From Octopus sinensis (taxonomy: Eukaryota), in assembly GCF_006345805.1 (NCBI RefSeq), contig NC_043018.1, positions 23,188,001-23,252,000 on the forward strand: DNA of 64,000 nt. Direction: 5' to 3'. Below the pieces are notes generated by a model. The model ran no database searches and was not told where the DNA came from. It was given only the letters and a program-made list of their open reading frames with translations. The position numbers were made by a program, and so were the translations under genes. Positions 1 through 11,225 of this stretch are shown piece by piece. How positions within the stretch are numbered: position 1 is the first letter of the stretch; each line of letters begins with the position of its first letter.

Positions 1-50
1 TGGTCGAATATTTTGACCAGATGTGGCCGTTCTAAATGCTAATAGGTCGA
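1..50. mobile_element. Right end of TTAA-type MITE (family E), degenerate
   Basis: gaatattttgaccagatgtggccgttctaaatgctaatagg matches the terminus of the copy ending at 10717 (aatattttggccggatatggccggtttgaatgctaaaggg). Confidence 0.5.
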
Positions 51-289
51 GCCTGTTGTTGTAGAGCCAGCTTGTTAAGAGATTTATGCAACAAGTTGAA
101 TATAACTGGATACAAATGCAAATACGCAAAGTCTATGCCTCAGAAACCTGCTGGTATTCGCTTCCATCATGTTTATGTCCAAACAGAGCTGGCCTTCTGC
201 TCTCAGAAGTTCAATAAAGTAAGTACATTAAGTGGTGATAAATCTCTATAAATTTGTGCCCTGGCATACTTGTATATGTCTCTAGTGTG

Positions 290-960
290 GTTGTATTTAT
301 GGAGAGAGAGATGGTAATTTTGAGAAGTGCTGAGAGAGCAATGGTGAAAGAAATGTGTGGGGGTGAAGGCGTTTGATAAGAGGAGGACTGAGGATTTGAT
401 GGGGGATGCTGGGGTTGGAGGAATCAGTGGAATGGGTGGCAGGGGTGAATGGAGTGAGGTTGTATGTGTTGAGGAGGGTGGCGAGCTGGCAGAATCGTTA
501 GCACGCTGGGCGAAATGCTTAGCAGTATTTCGTCTGCCGCTACGTTCTGAGTTCAAATTCCACCAAGGTCGACTTTGCCTTTCATCCTTTCGGGGTCGAT
601 TAAAGAAGTACCAGTCATGCACTGGGGTCAATATAATCGACTAAATCCGTTTGTCTGTCCTTGTTTGTCCCCTCTATGTTTAGCCCCTTGTGGGTAGTAA
701 AGAAATATGTATGTGTTGAGGAGGATGATTGCATTTGAGGTAACTGGAATGCGAAAGCAAGGTAAACCAAAGAAAAGGTGGAGGGGACGGGTGGAGGAGG
801 ATATTAGGAGGGTTGGTTTGAAAAAATAGGATACCCCAAACCAGGCAAGATGGTGAAATGGTGTGAGAGCAGTTGCTATGGAATTGAGGTAGATCTGGCC
901 ACCCCTGTTAACGGGGACAAAACCCACATTTGAAACACTGGATGATGATGATGATGATGG
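290..960 (+). mobile_element. 3' fragment of RTE-like LINE, interrupted by a SINE
   Basis: Decayed frame VLRRMIAFEVTGMRKQGKPKKRW resembles a LINE RT C-terminus; ends in (GAT)n tail; homologous to 2255-2470. Confidence 0.7.
477..707 (+). mobile_element. tRNA-derived SINE family C
   Basis: ggcgagctggcagaatcgttagc head; gcctttcatcctttcggggtcgat body; apparent 16-bp TSD tgtatgtgttgaggag at 461-476 and 708-723; many copies in window. Confidence 0.85.
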
Positions 961-1321
961 AGCAGTTGAGTAAGTATCGAAGGGTGGAAATGTGAGTAAT
1001 GTCGCTACAAGTTTACTAAAGTCATTCAAATGGCGTACCCCAGATCCATCCTCACCAAGCAACAATCTGTTGTAGTGTTTGAAAACCCACAACTGTGTAT
1101 CCCATGCCCATGAAGGCCACCTACTCACTTCGTGGTTAGCAATTTTATTCACCCCCCTTATGTCTTGCTCTCCTTTCTTGGTAGCGGCCACCAGTTTGGC
1201 TTTTGTAGAATCCGGTCTGCTGGAGAACTGCTGTTGTATGTCACGTACCAGTGGTCCCTCACATTTCAGGAATTCATTAAAATCTCTGTCTCTGCATTTC
1301 ATATCAAAGTATATGACTGTA

Positions 1322-1520
1322 TCCATCCATCGTCTTCATCCACTATTTCTGGGAGAGCTGAGGGGATAGTCCTCAAGTACTTCCTCCATAGGGTCCTATT
1401 AGGAGCAACAGTCATGACACTTTCTGGCTGGATTCCTATGACCAACTGAGTCTATGGATATTATCAAATTATCTCATTATAGGTCTACTCCTAGGTTTCC
1501 TGCCAGTTGGTTCAGCTTGA
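1322..1520 (-). mobile_element. Decayed LINE 3' end
   Basis: Minus strand reads GRKPRSRPIMR*FDNI...NRTLWRKYL (GRPRxRW-type RT C-terminus) followed by a (GATG)n tail. Confidence 0.6.
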
Positions 1521-1542
1521 AAATCTATAGTTCCATTCTTTC

Positions 1543-1990
1543 ATCATCATCATCATCATCGTTTAACGTCCGTTCTCCATGCTAGCATGGGTTGGACGGT
1601 TCGACCGGGGATCTGGGAAGCCAGAAGGCTGCACCAGGCTCCAGTCTTATCTGGCAATGCTTCTACAGCTGGATGCCCTTCCTAACGCCAACCACTCCGT
1701 GAGTGTAATGGGTGCTTTTTACGTGCCACCCGCACAGGTGCCAGGCGAGGCTGGCAACGGCCACGGTCGGATTGGTGCATTTTACGTGCCACCGGCACGG
1801 AAGCCAGTCGAAGCAGCGCTGGCTTCGGCCACGATTCGGATGGTGCTTTTTACGTGCCACCGGCACGGAAGCCAGTCGAGGCGGCGCTGGCATCGGCCAT
1901 GATTCGGATAGTGCTTTTTACGTACCACCAGTCCAGGGGTCCTGGCATCTGCCGGGTGCCAGTCATAGGATTGGTTCAATTCCGATTTCT
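1543..1990 (-). mobile_element. Family B: 3' end of RTE-like LINE with internal ~60-bp repeats
   Basis: gtggttggcgttaggaagggcatccagc core, gacgttaaacgatgatgat tail, tandem gtgctttttacgtgccaccggcac units. Confidence 0.85.
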
Positions 1991-2254
1991 TTAAAAATAT
2001 TCTAATCACGTGTTCATGGCACAGGAACTGTGACCTTTCAATGTCAAGAAGTTGCAGCTCAACCTCGCAAGTCTCCCTAGTTACTGAACTACAGACCCTA
2101 TCGTGTAATGTTACTCCAGAGATCCTTCAGAAGAACTCCATTTAGGCCGCTTGCATTTGCAATCATACTGCTTTGGTCAGTACCCAGCCTTCATTACCAT
2201 ATATGAGGAAAGACACAAAGACCAAATTGAAAGTTTATTATTTTTTTTTCCATA

Positions 2255-2470
2255 GCAACTGCTCTCACACCATTTCACCATCTTGCCTGGTTTGGGGCAT
2301 CCTATTTTTTCGAACCAACCCTCCTAATCTCCTCCTCCACCTTTTCTTTGGTTTACCTTGTTTTCGCATTCCATTTACCTCAAATGCAATCACCCTCCTC
2401 AGAACATGCTCTTCATCCCTCCTCAACACATACCACCTCACTCCATTCACCCCCACCAACCATTCATTCC
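2255..2470 (-). mobile_element. RTE-like LINE 3' fragment
   Basis: ORF-track peptide RWYVLRRDEEHVLRRVIAFEVNGMRKQGKPKKRW; homologous to 714-960. Confidence 0.7.
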
Positions 2471-2929
2471 ATCGATTCTTCCAACCTTAGCATTGCCATC
2501 AAATCCTCAGTCCTCCTCTTATCAAAAAAAAGATCAAATACTGGAGTTGTCATGTTACTGTACCCGCACTTGCAATTCTAACATAAATCTCCAAGTTAAA
2601 CTGCTCACCTATGGGCCTCACCTGGCTAATGTTTCTTCAATTTGAAATGTTCTGTCTGATTGCATAATTTCAGTGTTGGCAGTCAGGGCTCTCTCTCCTC
2701 CACCTCACATCGACTACTGTGTGTCCCAATTTCAGGTGTGTTATATTTCTTGTATGTTAATAACTTGCTCACTGTCACCCTTAAGGAGAAATGCAGGTAT
2801 TACTGCTTTCCACTCCTCTTATCACCTTCTGTACACAGATGCCATCCACATGCAATTTTTACACTTCTTACCTGCTTTGCCTCCATGATCAGAGTCTGAG
2901 AACATCTTCAAATGACGAACTTCCACATA

Positions 2930-3317
2930 GGTGTAAGAGTGGCTGTGTGGTAAGTAGCTTACTTACCAACCACATGGTTCCAGGTTCAGTCCCACTGCGT
3001 GGCATCTTGGGCAAGTGTCTTCTGCTATAGCCTCAGGCCAACCAGAGCCTTGTTAGTGGATTTGGTAGACGGAAACTGAAAGAAGCCCGTCGTATATATG
3101 TATATATATATATGTATGTTTGCATGTCTGTGTTTGTACCCCCAACATTGCGTGACAACCGATGCTGGTGTGTTTACGTCCCTGTAACTTAGTGGCTCGG
3201 CAAAAGAGACTGAAAGAATAAGCACTAGGCTTACAAAGAATACGTTCTGGGGACGATTTGCTCAACTAAAGGTGGTGCTCCAGCATGGCTGCAGTCAAAT
3301 GACTGAAACAAATAAAA
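2930..3317 (+). mobile_element. SINE family A (tRNA head + CORE-like box + (TA)n spacer + tail), full length
   Basis: gagtggctgtgtggtaag head, gtggcatcttgggcaagt CORE-like box, tail ending gactgaaacaaataaaag. Confidence 0.9.
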
Positions 3318-3800
3318 GTATTGTTTTCATCTATCAAACTCATTCACAAGGAATTGGTTGGCCTTGGGCTATAATAGAAGACACTTTGCCCATGGTGTCG
3401 CGCAGTGGGACTGAACATGAAACCATGTGGTTGCAGATTGAGCTTCTTAACTACACAGCCATACCTTAGAACTACATCCAGAGTGTTCTTTGCTTTCTAA
3501 GAATGGCAAGGTGTAATGCGTAAGAGATTTTTATCTGCTATTTCTGTCAGGTTTAGCGAAAACTTAGAACTCTTCCCTTTCTAATAGTATTGTTGTTTAA
3601 CCCTAAGTCAGCAAATGTTCAAACACTTTCTAGTCATTCATATCTCATATTTTAGAGATAGAGTATTTAGGCTTACATTATCGAATGTCCTTTTTCTTGT
3701 TTTCAAAGATGGTTTTGTGATTTGAAAGAAATTTGACTGCTATTTCTACAAGATCAAGTGACCACATGGAGACTCCCTTGTTGGATTGTTTAATGTTTAA

Positions 3801-4016
3801 CCTTTTAGCAATTAAACCGGCCGTATCTGGCCCAAATATTCCACCTATGTTATATCCAAACTGGCCAGATCCAGCCTTTCACACCTGTCCTACAATGTCA
3901 CTCTAAAAATAGTCACATCCACAAAATTTCAAAGCTATGAAATAATGCAGGATTAATTGAAAACAAGGTGAATAAATAAGCATTTCATTTGCCAGAGTAA
4001 TGTGAATGCTAAAGGG
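3801..4016. mobile_element. TTAA-flanked MITE (family E, piggyBac-like)
   Basis: ttaa-ccttttagca ... tgctaaaggg-tcaa termini. Confidence 0.75.
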
Positions 4017-4215
4017 TCAATATCCAGTTGTCGTCTAGTCCCAGGTCAAACTTGATCCAGTTATGACCATCTCATAATGTTTATAAAATGTCACAAGCCC
4101 TGTTATTTATTGGTATTTTTGTTGATGTTTTTGCCGTATATTCCAGTCTATAATAAATCACATAAGAATAAGATGTTGTTTAATTAGCCTTTCAGTTGGC
4201 CTTAATCCCGTTGAC

Positions 4216-4445
4216 CAGTGATTCCCAATGTGGGGCATATGCCCCCACCACTGGAGCCTGGAGAAAATTGTCGTGGGGGGATATGGGATGCCAAATTTAT
4301 TTTTTTAATGGGACATGGAATTGTGGAAATCTTTTTTCACAACAAACATACTACACCAGTACTTTTTTTTCCAACCACTGATGGGACATACTTTTTTCTG
4401 GGGAGTTATAGTGGGGCCTGGGAGAAAATAGGTTGGGAAACACTG
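4216..4445. mobile_element. hAT (Charlie-like) MITE
   Basis: TIRs cagtgattcccaa / ttgggaaacactg; 8-bp TSD not preserved. Confidence 0.6.
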
Positions 4446-4934
4446 TTGTATACACACACAAATATGTTATATACATGAAATTTTGTAAACTCTGTAATCC
4501 GGCTGTCAGTAGACAGTTACCGTAACATATCAGGGTCCTAGCACCTAACTCAGCCTGTCTCTAATTTTGGTGGAAGATATGTTGTATGTGGTCCCGTGTG
4601 ACCCTTCTCACAGTACAACATAACTGATTCTGAGAGACAGAAAGTGAAGAAATGGTCCTAATATTTGTATTTTATTTATCAATGCCAGAAAGAGGAAAGT
4701 CAACATTGACCGTAGCAAGATTTGAACTCAGAGCACAGAAACCCCTCCAAAAATACCACAAGGTATTTTATTGATGCTTTAGCAAGTCTGTTGATTTTCC
4801 CACCTTGTCATTGTTTATGTGTGTATATAAACATGTGCCCTTGTTTACACCTGTGTGTGTTGTAGAATGCTGTGTACATAGGCACATGCCATTGTGTGTA
4901 TACATGTTATTATACACATCTGTATACATACATC

Positions 4935-5260
4935 TGTGTCAATATGGTGAAGGTGCATGGCCCAGCGGCTCAGTGTGTCGCACTCATGATTGCAAGATCA
5001 TGTGTTTGATTCTTGGACCAGGTAATGTGTTATGGTCTTGAGCAAGACACTTCATTCACATTGCTTTAAGATCACTTTGACATCTGACACATGGTATACT
5101 GTGCACCTGTTTAGGCAACGTCAGTTTGATAGAGGAGTGAGCTAATATACAGCGCAAACATTTGATCATTATAAACAAATCATTTGTGCAGTTTCTTCAA
5201 GAAACTGCAGAACCGTCATCTGTTGTGTATGATAGGAGAGGTCACCAGGTATACCAATAC
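4935..5260 (+). mobile_element. SINE family H
   Basis: gcatggcccagcggctcagtgtgtc head; homologous to 8330-8590 and 9985-10272. Confidence 0.7.
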
Positions 5261-5329
5261 GTACATTTGTATATACATCAATATCATCGTATATATCTGT
5301 ATACATATATATACCAATACGCGTGTGTA

Positions 5330-5377
<48 letters not shown>

Positions 5378-5399
5378 GTATAAATGCCATTCACTAAAA

Positions 5400-5770
5400 T
5401 GTCTTATCAGATTTCTTTTGAAGTAAGCAACAACTCCGTCTTAGATGTCGGAAGTCTGTTTACCAACATTCCAGTGACAGAAATGATAGAAACCATATTA
5501 AATAATGTATACAAACACCCAAGAATAAAACCACCCACAATATCAATTAACATACTGTAGAAATTATTTCTGTACCTTCTATACAACAGAAATACCTTTT
5601 CATTGTTCATGATATAAATTATATAATCAGAGACAGATGGAAATACCATGGGTTCTCCCTTCGGGCCCACTTTTGCTGTTTTTCCTTTGGCTACTTTAGA
5701 AAATATAGTGGTAGCAAAACCTAAATGTAGACCTGCTTCAAGAATGTCAATGATATAATTATAGACTCGT
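5400..5770 (+). mobile_element. Penelope-like element reverse transcriptase fragment (decayed)
   Basis: Translates to LDVGSLFTNIPVTE ... DGNTMGSPFGPTFA, matching PLE RT motifs (FDVxSLFTNIP, QxDGxxMGSP); stops and frameshifts present. Confidence 0.75.
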
Positions 5771-6879
5771 CATAATGGGCATATCAGAGGGTGAGAAATT
5801 AGATGTGGGTGGAAATAACTTAATTTAAAAACTCAAATAGAACGACTACTTTTACATGGAAGGTAGAAAGTAACAAATACATCATGTCCATTTATATACC
5901 AAAGACAAATGCAAATAATTGTATGGGAATATCTGTACCAGTACAAAATATCAGTGGTACAAAGTGATCAAATTAGTTATCTCCCTCCGTGAAACTGACA
6001 TTGCCTACAGAGGCATTGTGTACCACATTGTCAGATGTCAAAGGAAAGGCAGGAGTAATAGAAGAGAGACAGTGAAGGTAGCTACATGTTTGCTGGAGTT
6101 GGGAGAGTGAGCGATAGACTGGAATGGGACAGGTGATGTTAAAAGAGAGGGATGGGGGTCAGCAATGAGTGACTTGGAAAAGGGCAAGTGTGATAGCACT
6201 CATTATGAGGGAAATTTATTTTTCATTTGCTTACAGCCATGTAACCTGTCCTTTGAGTTTAGCACCCTAAAACTTTGGGTTGGAAAGCATTGACATATGT
6301 GCCTATCTTGTATTGGTCTTGCCAGCCACATCTGCTCCCATGAGAAACAATATGCTGGAGACAGAGGAGGAGAGATATCTTGGATGGAGGCAGTCATCCC
6401 CTTTGATGAGCTGTCATAAGCAGAATAAAGTAATTATGTGAAAGTTGTGTAACAGCAGGTTCATTAGTGTCAGATAGGATGGCTTGCAGTATTTGTTCTA
6501 GCTCTGTGTGCTCTGAGTTCAAATCTCGTCAAGGTCAGTTTTGTCTTTCATCCTTTTGGAGGTTAATACACTACCTGTCCAGTACTGAGGATTAGTTCTT
6601 CTTTCTGGATTGCACCTGTAATTCAAAGGTCTGTTGTTGTCACGTTGCATTAATTTAATCTGAGAAATATGTGCTCTCTAGAGTGATTGGTGAGCACGCA
6701 GATGATATGTCGAGAGGTCCCTCTGAAGCTTGTTTTACCAAAGACTTGACCACCCTTCTAGTGCTGGTGTCATAAAAAAAAAACACATCAGTAAACACTG
6801 TAAAATGGGTAGCAAACAAGCAGAGAACACATAGTGCTATGAGGTCCCTTTAGTCCTGTCTCGTTAACAAATGAGGGTC

Positions 6880-7170
6880 CCAGTTGATCTGATCAACAGA
6901 ACAGCCTGCTCATGAAATTAATGTACAAGTGGTTGAGCACTCTAGACATGTGTACCCTTAATGTTGTTCTCAGGGAGATTCAGAGTGACACATATTGAGA
7001 CAAGACTGGTCCCTTTGAAATAGAGGTACTACTCAGTTTTGCCAGCTGAGTGGACTGGAGCAATGTGAAATAGTGTCCAGTGTCCTGCTGAAGGTCACAA
7101 CACACTGCCAAGAATCAGATTCGTGATCATGATCCTAATACTCTGACCACTAAGCCACGTACCCATCTCA
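6880..7170 (-). mobile_element. SINE with family D-type tail
   Basis: Reverse complement of the gagtgctcagccact...gttccgttgatc tail seen at 16740-16848. Confidence 0.65.
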
Positions 7171-7344
7171 CCAATTCCTTATAAACCTATCTAGTGCTGG
7201 TACCATTAGGAAAATGCACCCTGTACACTCTGTAATGTAGTTGGTGATAAGAACATCCAGCCATAGAAATCAAGCCATAATGATAAGTATAGACAGCAGT
7301 CTCTGAGAACATCCAATAAGAAACAACTTAGATTGTGACAACCT

Positions 7345-7535
7345 ATTTCTTTATTGCCCACAAGGGGCTACACACAGAGGGGACAAACGGATTAAGTCGA
7401 TTATATTGACCCCAGTGCATAACTGGTACTTATTTAATCGACCCTGAAAGGATGAAAGGCAAAGTCGACCTCGGCGGAATTTGGACTCAGAACGTAACGG
7501 CAGACGGAATACCTATTTCTTTACTACCCACAAGG
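7345..7535 (-). mobile_element. SINE family C
   Basis: Reverse complement of the 477-707 family. Confidence 0.8.
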
Positions 7536-7969
7536 GACTGATAGAATGAGTACTGGGCTTACAAAGAATAAGTCCCAGGGTCGATTTGCTCGACTAAAGG
7601 TGGTGCTCCAGCATGGCCGCAGTCAAATGACTGAAACAAGTAAAAGAGTAAAGAGTATACGAGATGATGCAGGATTAATTTGAAGAAATGTGAATAAATA
7701 AGCATTACATTTGATGAAGTAATCTGAATGGTAAACAATTAAAATGATGTATTTTGTGTATGTGGAGTACTCAGCCACAACATGTTCATTTCCTGAATGT
7801 GAGTTTCAATTGGTTGAACAACTGAAATGGTCATTATTAAGACCAACAGAGAATCAACCACTAAGAACTTATTAATTTCTACTTACTTTGTCCAAATTGC
7901 TTTGTGGTGTTCAGTTACATCCCTTCACATTCTGAGTTCAAATCTTTTTCTTACAATGACATAATTTAG

Positions 7970-8009
7970 AAGAAATGACCGGTTTCGCGTTTAGCTTTTC
8001 AAATTTCTT
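7970..8009 (-). ncRNA. Candidate minimal hammerhead ribozyme, U3-A8 variant (inverted copy)
   Basis: Identical to 8712-8751 in reverse complement. Confidence 0.55.
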
Positions 8010-8109
8010 ACGTTATGTTTATGTTGAGAAGAGTTCTGTAGTTTTTCACTTTTTACTATTTTCTATATATTCAACCACGTGCTTTCACAACCAAATTTCT
8101 CATCTATAT

Positions 8110-8143
<34 letters not shown>

Positions 8144-8329
8144 CCATGGACTCTCCCTTTGTTAGACAATGTATGAGAGTCAAATCCAGCCAGAGTCACT
8201 CTTGTTTCCCATCCTTCAGGGGTGAGGCATTTGAAATCCAGACATGGATGTAACACAGGGCATAGCCTGCCCCCATTTGTAAGTCATACACTAATCTCTT
8301 TTAGTATTCAGAATTACTCTGCCAGGTGT

Positions 8330-8590
8330 TTTGAATTAATCATGTGTTATCTCTTATAGCTTCACAGCTTTCAATGCTGCAGTGTGTTCTTGAGCAAAAC
8401 ACTTCATTCCACGTTGCTCTACAATCATTTCGTCATCTGATATGTGGCACCCAGTTGCACCTATACAGGTAATGTCAATTTGGTGGAGTGAGCGAGCTTA
8501 TATGAACACAAACATTTGATCATTATAAACAAATCATCTGTGTGAACTGCAGAACCCTCATACATTGTCTAACAAAGGGAGAGTCCATGG
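8330..8590 (+). mobile_element. SINE family H (degenerate head)
   Basis: Body and tail match 4935-5260; ends gagtccatgg followed by (TA)n. Confidence 0.65.
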
Positions 8591-8711
8591 TATATATATA
8601 TATATATATATATAGATGAGAAATTTGGTTTGTGAAAGCACGTGGTTGAATATATAGAAAATAGTAAAAAGTGAAAAAACTACAGAACTCTTCTCAACAT
8701 AAACATAACGT

Positions 8712-8751
8712 AAGAAATTTGAAAAGCTAAACGCGAAACCGGTCATTTCTT
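8712..8751 (+). ncRNA. Candidate minimal hammerhead ribozyme, U3-A8 variant
   Basis: Stem I AAGAAAU/AUUUCUU; core UUGAAAA; stem II GC-uaaac-GC; GAAA; palindromic stem III ACCGGU; GUC cleavage triplet after 8744. Confidence 0.6.
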
Positions 8752-8865
8752 CTAAACTATGTCATTGTAAGAAAAAAATTTATAATATTCTTCAGACATA
8801 TTGACTCAAATATATATTTTTTAACCTTTTTAAACAAGCCTTCTGTAGTTTTTTCACTTTTTACT

Positions 8866-8921
<56 letters not shown>

Positions 8922-8970
8922 AGTAAAAAGTGAAAAAACTACAGAACTCTTCTCAACATAAACATAACGT

Positions 8971-9009
8971 AAGAAATTTGAAAAGCTAAACGCGAAACGG
9001 TCATTTCTT
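8971..9009 (+). ncRNA. Candidate hammerhead, second tandem copy (one C missing in stem III)
   Basis: Same as 8712-8751 except gaaacggtc instead of gaaaccggtc. Confidence 0.45.
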
Positions 9010-9130
9010 CTAAACTATGTCATTGTAAGAAAAAAATTTATAATATTCTTCAGACATATTGACTCAAATATATATTTTTTAACCTTTTTAACAAGCCTTC
9101 TGTAGTTTTTTCACTTTTTACTATTTTTTT

Positions 9131-9182
<52 letters not shown>

Positions 9183-9189
9183 GTATATA

Positions 9190-9495
9190 TAGACCCCTTC
9201 GGTCACAAATGACCATGGGATTGCATATAGAAAGTTACCCTCCAAGGCACAAGTCAAGGCAAGGTTGTTTATGGAAGACCAGCAGTCACCTGTGAATACC
9301 GGCCTACCCACTCCACGCCACCAGTGTTGTCCAAGGGAAAGGCAAAGGTCCATACAGCTTGGCATCAGTGACGTCACAACTCATTTCTACAGCTGAGTGA
9401 ACTGGAGCAACATGAAATAAAGTCTTGCTCAAGAACATAACACACAGCCTGGTCTGGGAATCGAACTCACTACCTCATGGTTATAAGTTTGATGC
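9190..9495 (-). mobile_element. tRNA-derived SINE (family I)
   Basis: B-box-like gttcgattcccagacc on the minus strand near 9450-9470; distinct tail ending gaccgaaggggtct before (TA)n. Confidence 0.6.
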
Positions 9496-9707
9496 TGCCT
9501 TTATATATATATATACTTTATATAATTAGGGTTCAGCAAAAAAATTTGCTTTACCACATACTGAACTTTTAGAAATAGCAGCCAAAGAATTTAGCTATTT
9601 CTTCTACTATAAGAAGAGTCTCCCAGATGATGTATACTCAAAAACAATTCATGTAGGCAAAGAGGGTAAAATAACGAAAGTTCACTCGAAATTTGATACA
9701 TATTATA

Positions 9708-9965
9708 TCATCATCATCATCATCATCGTTTAACGTCTGTTCTCCATGCTAGCATGGGTTGGACGGTTCGACCGGGGATCTGGGAAGCCAGAAGGCTGCA
9801 CCAGGCTCCAGTCTTATCTGGCAATGCTTCTACAGCTGGATGCCCTTCCTAACGCCAACCACTCTGTGAGTGTAGTGGGTGCTTTTTACGTACCACCAGT
9901 CCAGGGGTCCTGGCATCTGCCGGGTGCCAGTCATAGGATTGGTTCAATTTCGATTCCGATTTTGA
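9708..9965 (-). mobile_element. Family B copy
   Basis: Nearly identical to both ends of 1543-1990 but lacks the internal repeats. Confidence 0.85.
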
Positions 9966-9984
9966 TTTTTATATATATATATAA

Positions 9985-10272
9985 TAATAATGGACTCTTC
10001 CCATCATTAGACGACATGAGGGTTTGGCAATTTCTTGATGAAGAACCACACAAGATTTGTTTATAGTGATCAAATGTTTGTGTAGGCATAAGCTCACTCT
10101 TGCCATCAAATTGACATTACCTGTACAGGTGGACCATGTGCCACATGTCGGATGACGAGCAACATGAAATGAAGTGCTTTGCTCACAAACATAACACAAC
10201 ATCCGGTCTGGGAAACAAACCCACGATCTTGCAATCGCGAGTGTAACACCCTAACCACTAAGCCATGCGCCT
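9985..10272 (-). mobile_element. SINE family H
   Basis: Head ggcgcatggcttagtggttagggtg on the minus strand. Confidence 0.75.
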
Positions 10273-10274
10273 TT

Positions 10275-10305
<31 letters not shown>

Positions 10306-10529
10306 GGGAAGACACACACAGATAGGGAAGACAAAATGTACCGTAAGCTTTATTTATCACAATGTGCACCAAGGAATTCCTTACATAGATCCTTTGACTA
10401 AAGTGCATGAAGCCTGGTAGCCATTAGGTGGTGAACCTGCTCTCAGGGCACACTACTAGGAACATGCCCAAAACAAGGTTTGGATACTACATTTTAAAGT
10501 CCCTAATTTTAAACATAACCTATAATTAA

Positions 10530-10717
10530 CCCTTAAGTATTCAGATTATTCCACCAAATGTGATGCTTGTTTATTATAGCTGTGAGATTTCTGTGATGTG
10601 ACTCTTTACTTTGGGAATAATATTGTAGAATAGGGTAAGAGGCTGGATCTGACTGGTTTTGAACAAAAAGGAGGTAAAATATTTTGGCCGGATATGGCCG
10701 GTTTGAATGCTAAAGGG
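10530..10717. mobile_element. TTAA-flanked MITE (family E)
   Basis: TTAA at 10526-10529 and 10718-10721; TIR cccttaagtattca / tgaatgctaaaggg. Confidence 0.8.
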
Positions 10718-10810
10718 TTAAGACTGCTGAGGTTTGGTTTGAGAAAAGTTTTACTGCTGAGGTTTGGTTTGAGAAAAGTTTTACTGCTTTTAGGTGCAAA
10801 CATGATTAAA

Positions 10811-11225
10811 GGTGCAGGTGTGGCTGTGTTGTTAAAAGGCTTGCTTTGTAACCACGGGGTTTCAGGTTTGGTTCCATTGTGTGGCATTTTAGGCAAGTGT
10901 CTTCTGTTATTGCCCTTGGCTGGCAAATGCCTTGTGAGTAAATTTGGTAGATGGAAATTGTGCGGAAGCTTGTCGTGTGTGTGTGTATATCTGGGAGGGA
11001 GGGCAGTTTGTGTTTGTTCCACCACCTCCTCCCATCACTGCTTGACAATTGACGTTGGTTTCTTTGGTTCCTTGTAACTTAACAGTTCAGCAAACAAGAC
11101 TGGTAGAATATGTACCCGACTCGAAAATATAATTACCGGGGGGGGGGTGTCAATTCATTCAACTAAACGCTTACATGGCGATGCCCCAGCATGGCCACAG
11201 TCCAATAACTAAAACAAGTAAAAAA
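10811..11225 (+). mobile_element. SINE family A, diverged
   Basis: Head, CORE-like box and tail all recognisable. Confidence 0.75.

Larger units (their letters stand above)
8615..9130 (+). mobile_element. Family G: tandem short PLE-like/retrozyme-like element embedded in (TA)n
   Basis: Direct repeat 8660-8872 / 8917-9130 (259-nt period); 32-bp perfect inverted arms 8841-8872 / 8915-8946 around (TA)n; each unit has a hammerhead fold. Confidence 0.65.

Noticed and set aside
36-251. ORF with a strong-looking donor AAA|gtaagt at 218
   Set aside because: The acceptor lies in a MITE terminus, and ggccttctgctctcagaagttcaataaagtaagtac aligns to the SINE C body, so it is a decayed SINE.
2600-2930. 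Several exon-like splice signals on both strands
   Set aside because: No consistent acceptor, open frame and donor combination with recognisable protein.
6236-6430. Strong plus-strand acceptor ttttcatttgcttacag
   Set aside because: All three frames close within about 60 nt.
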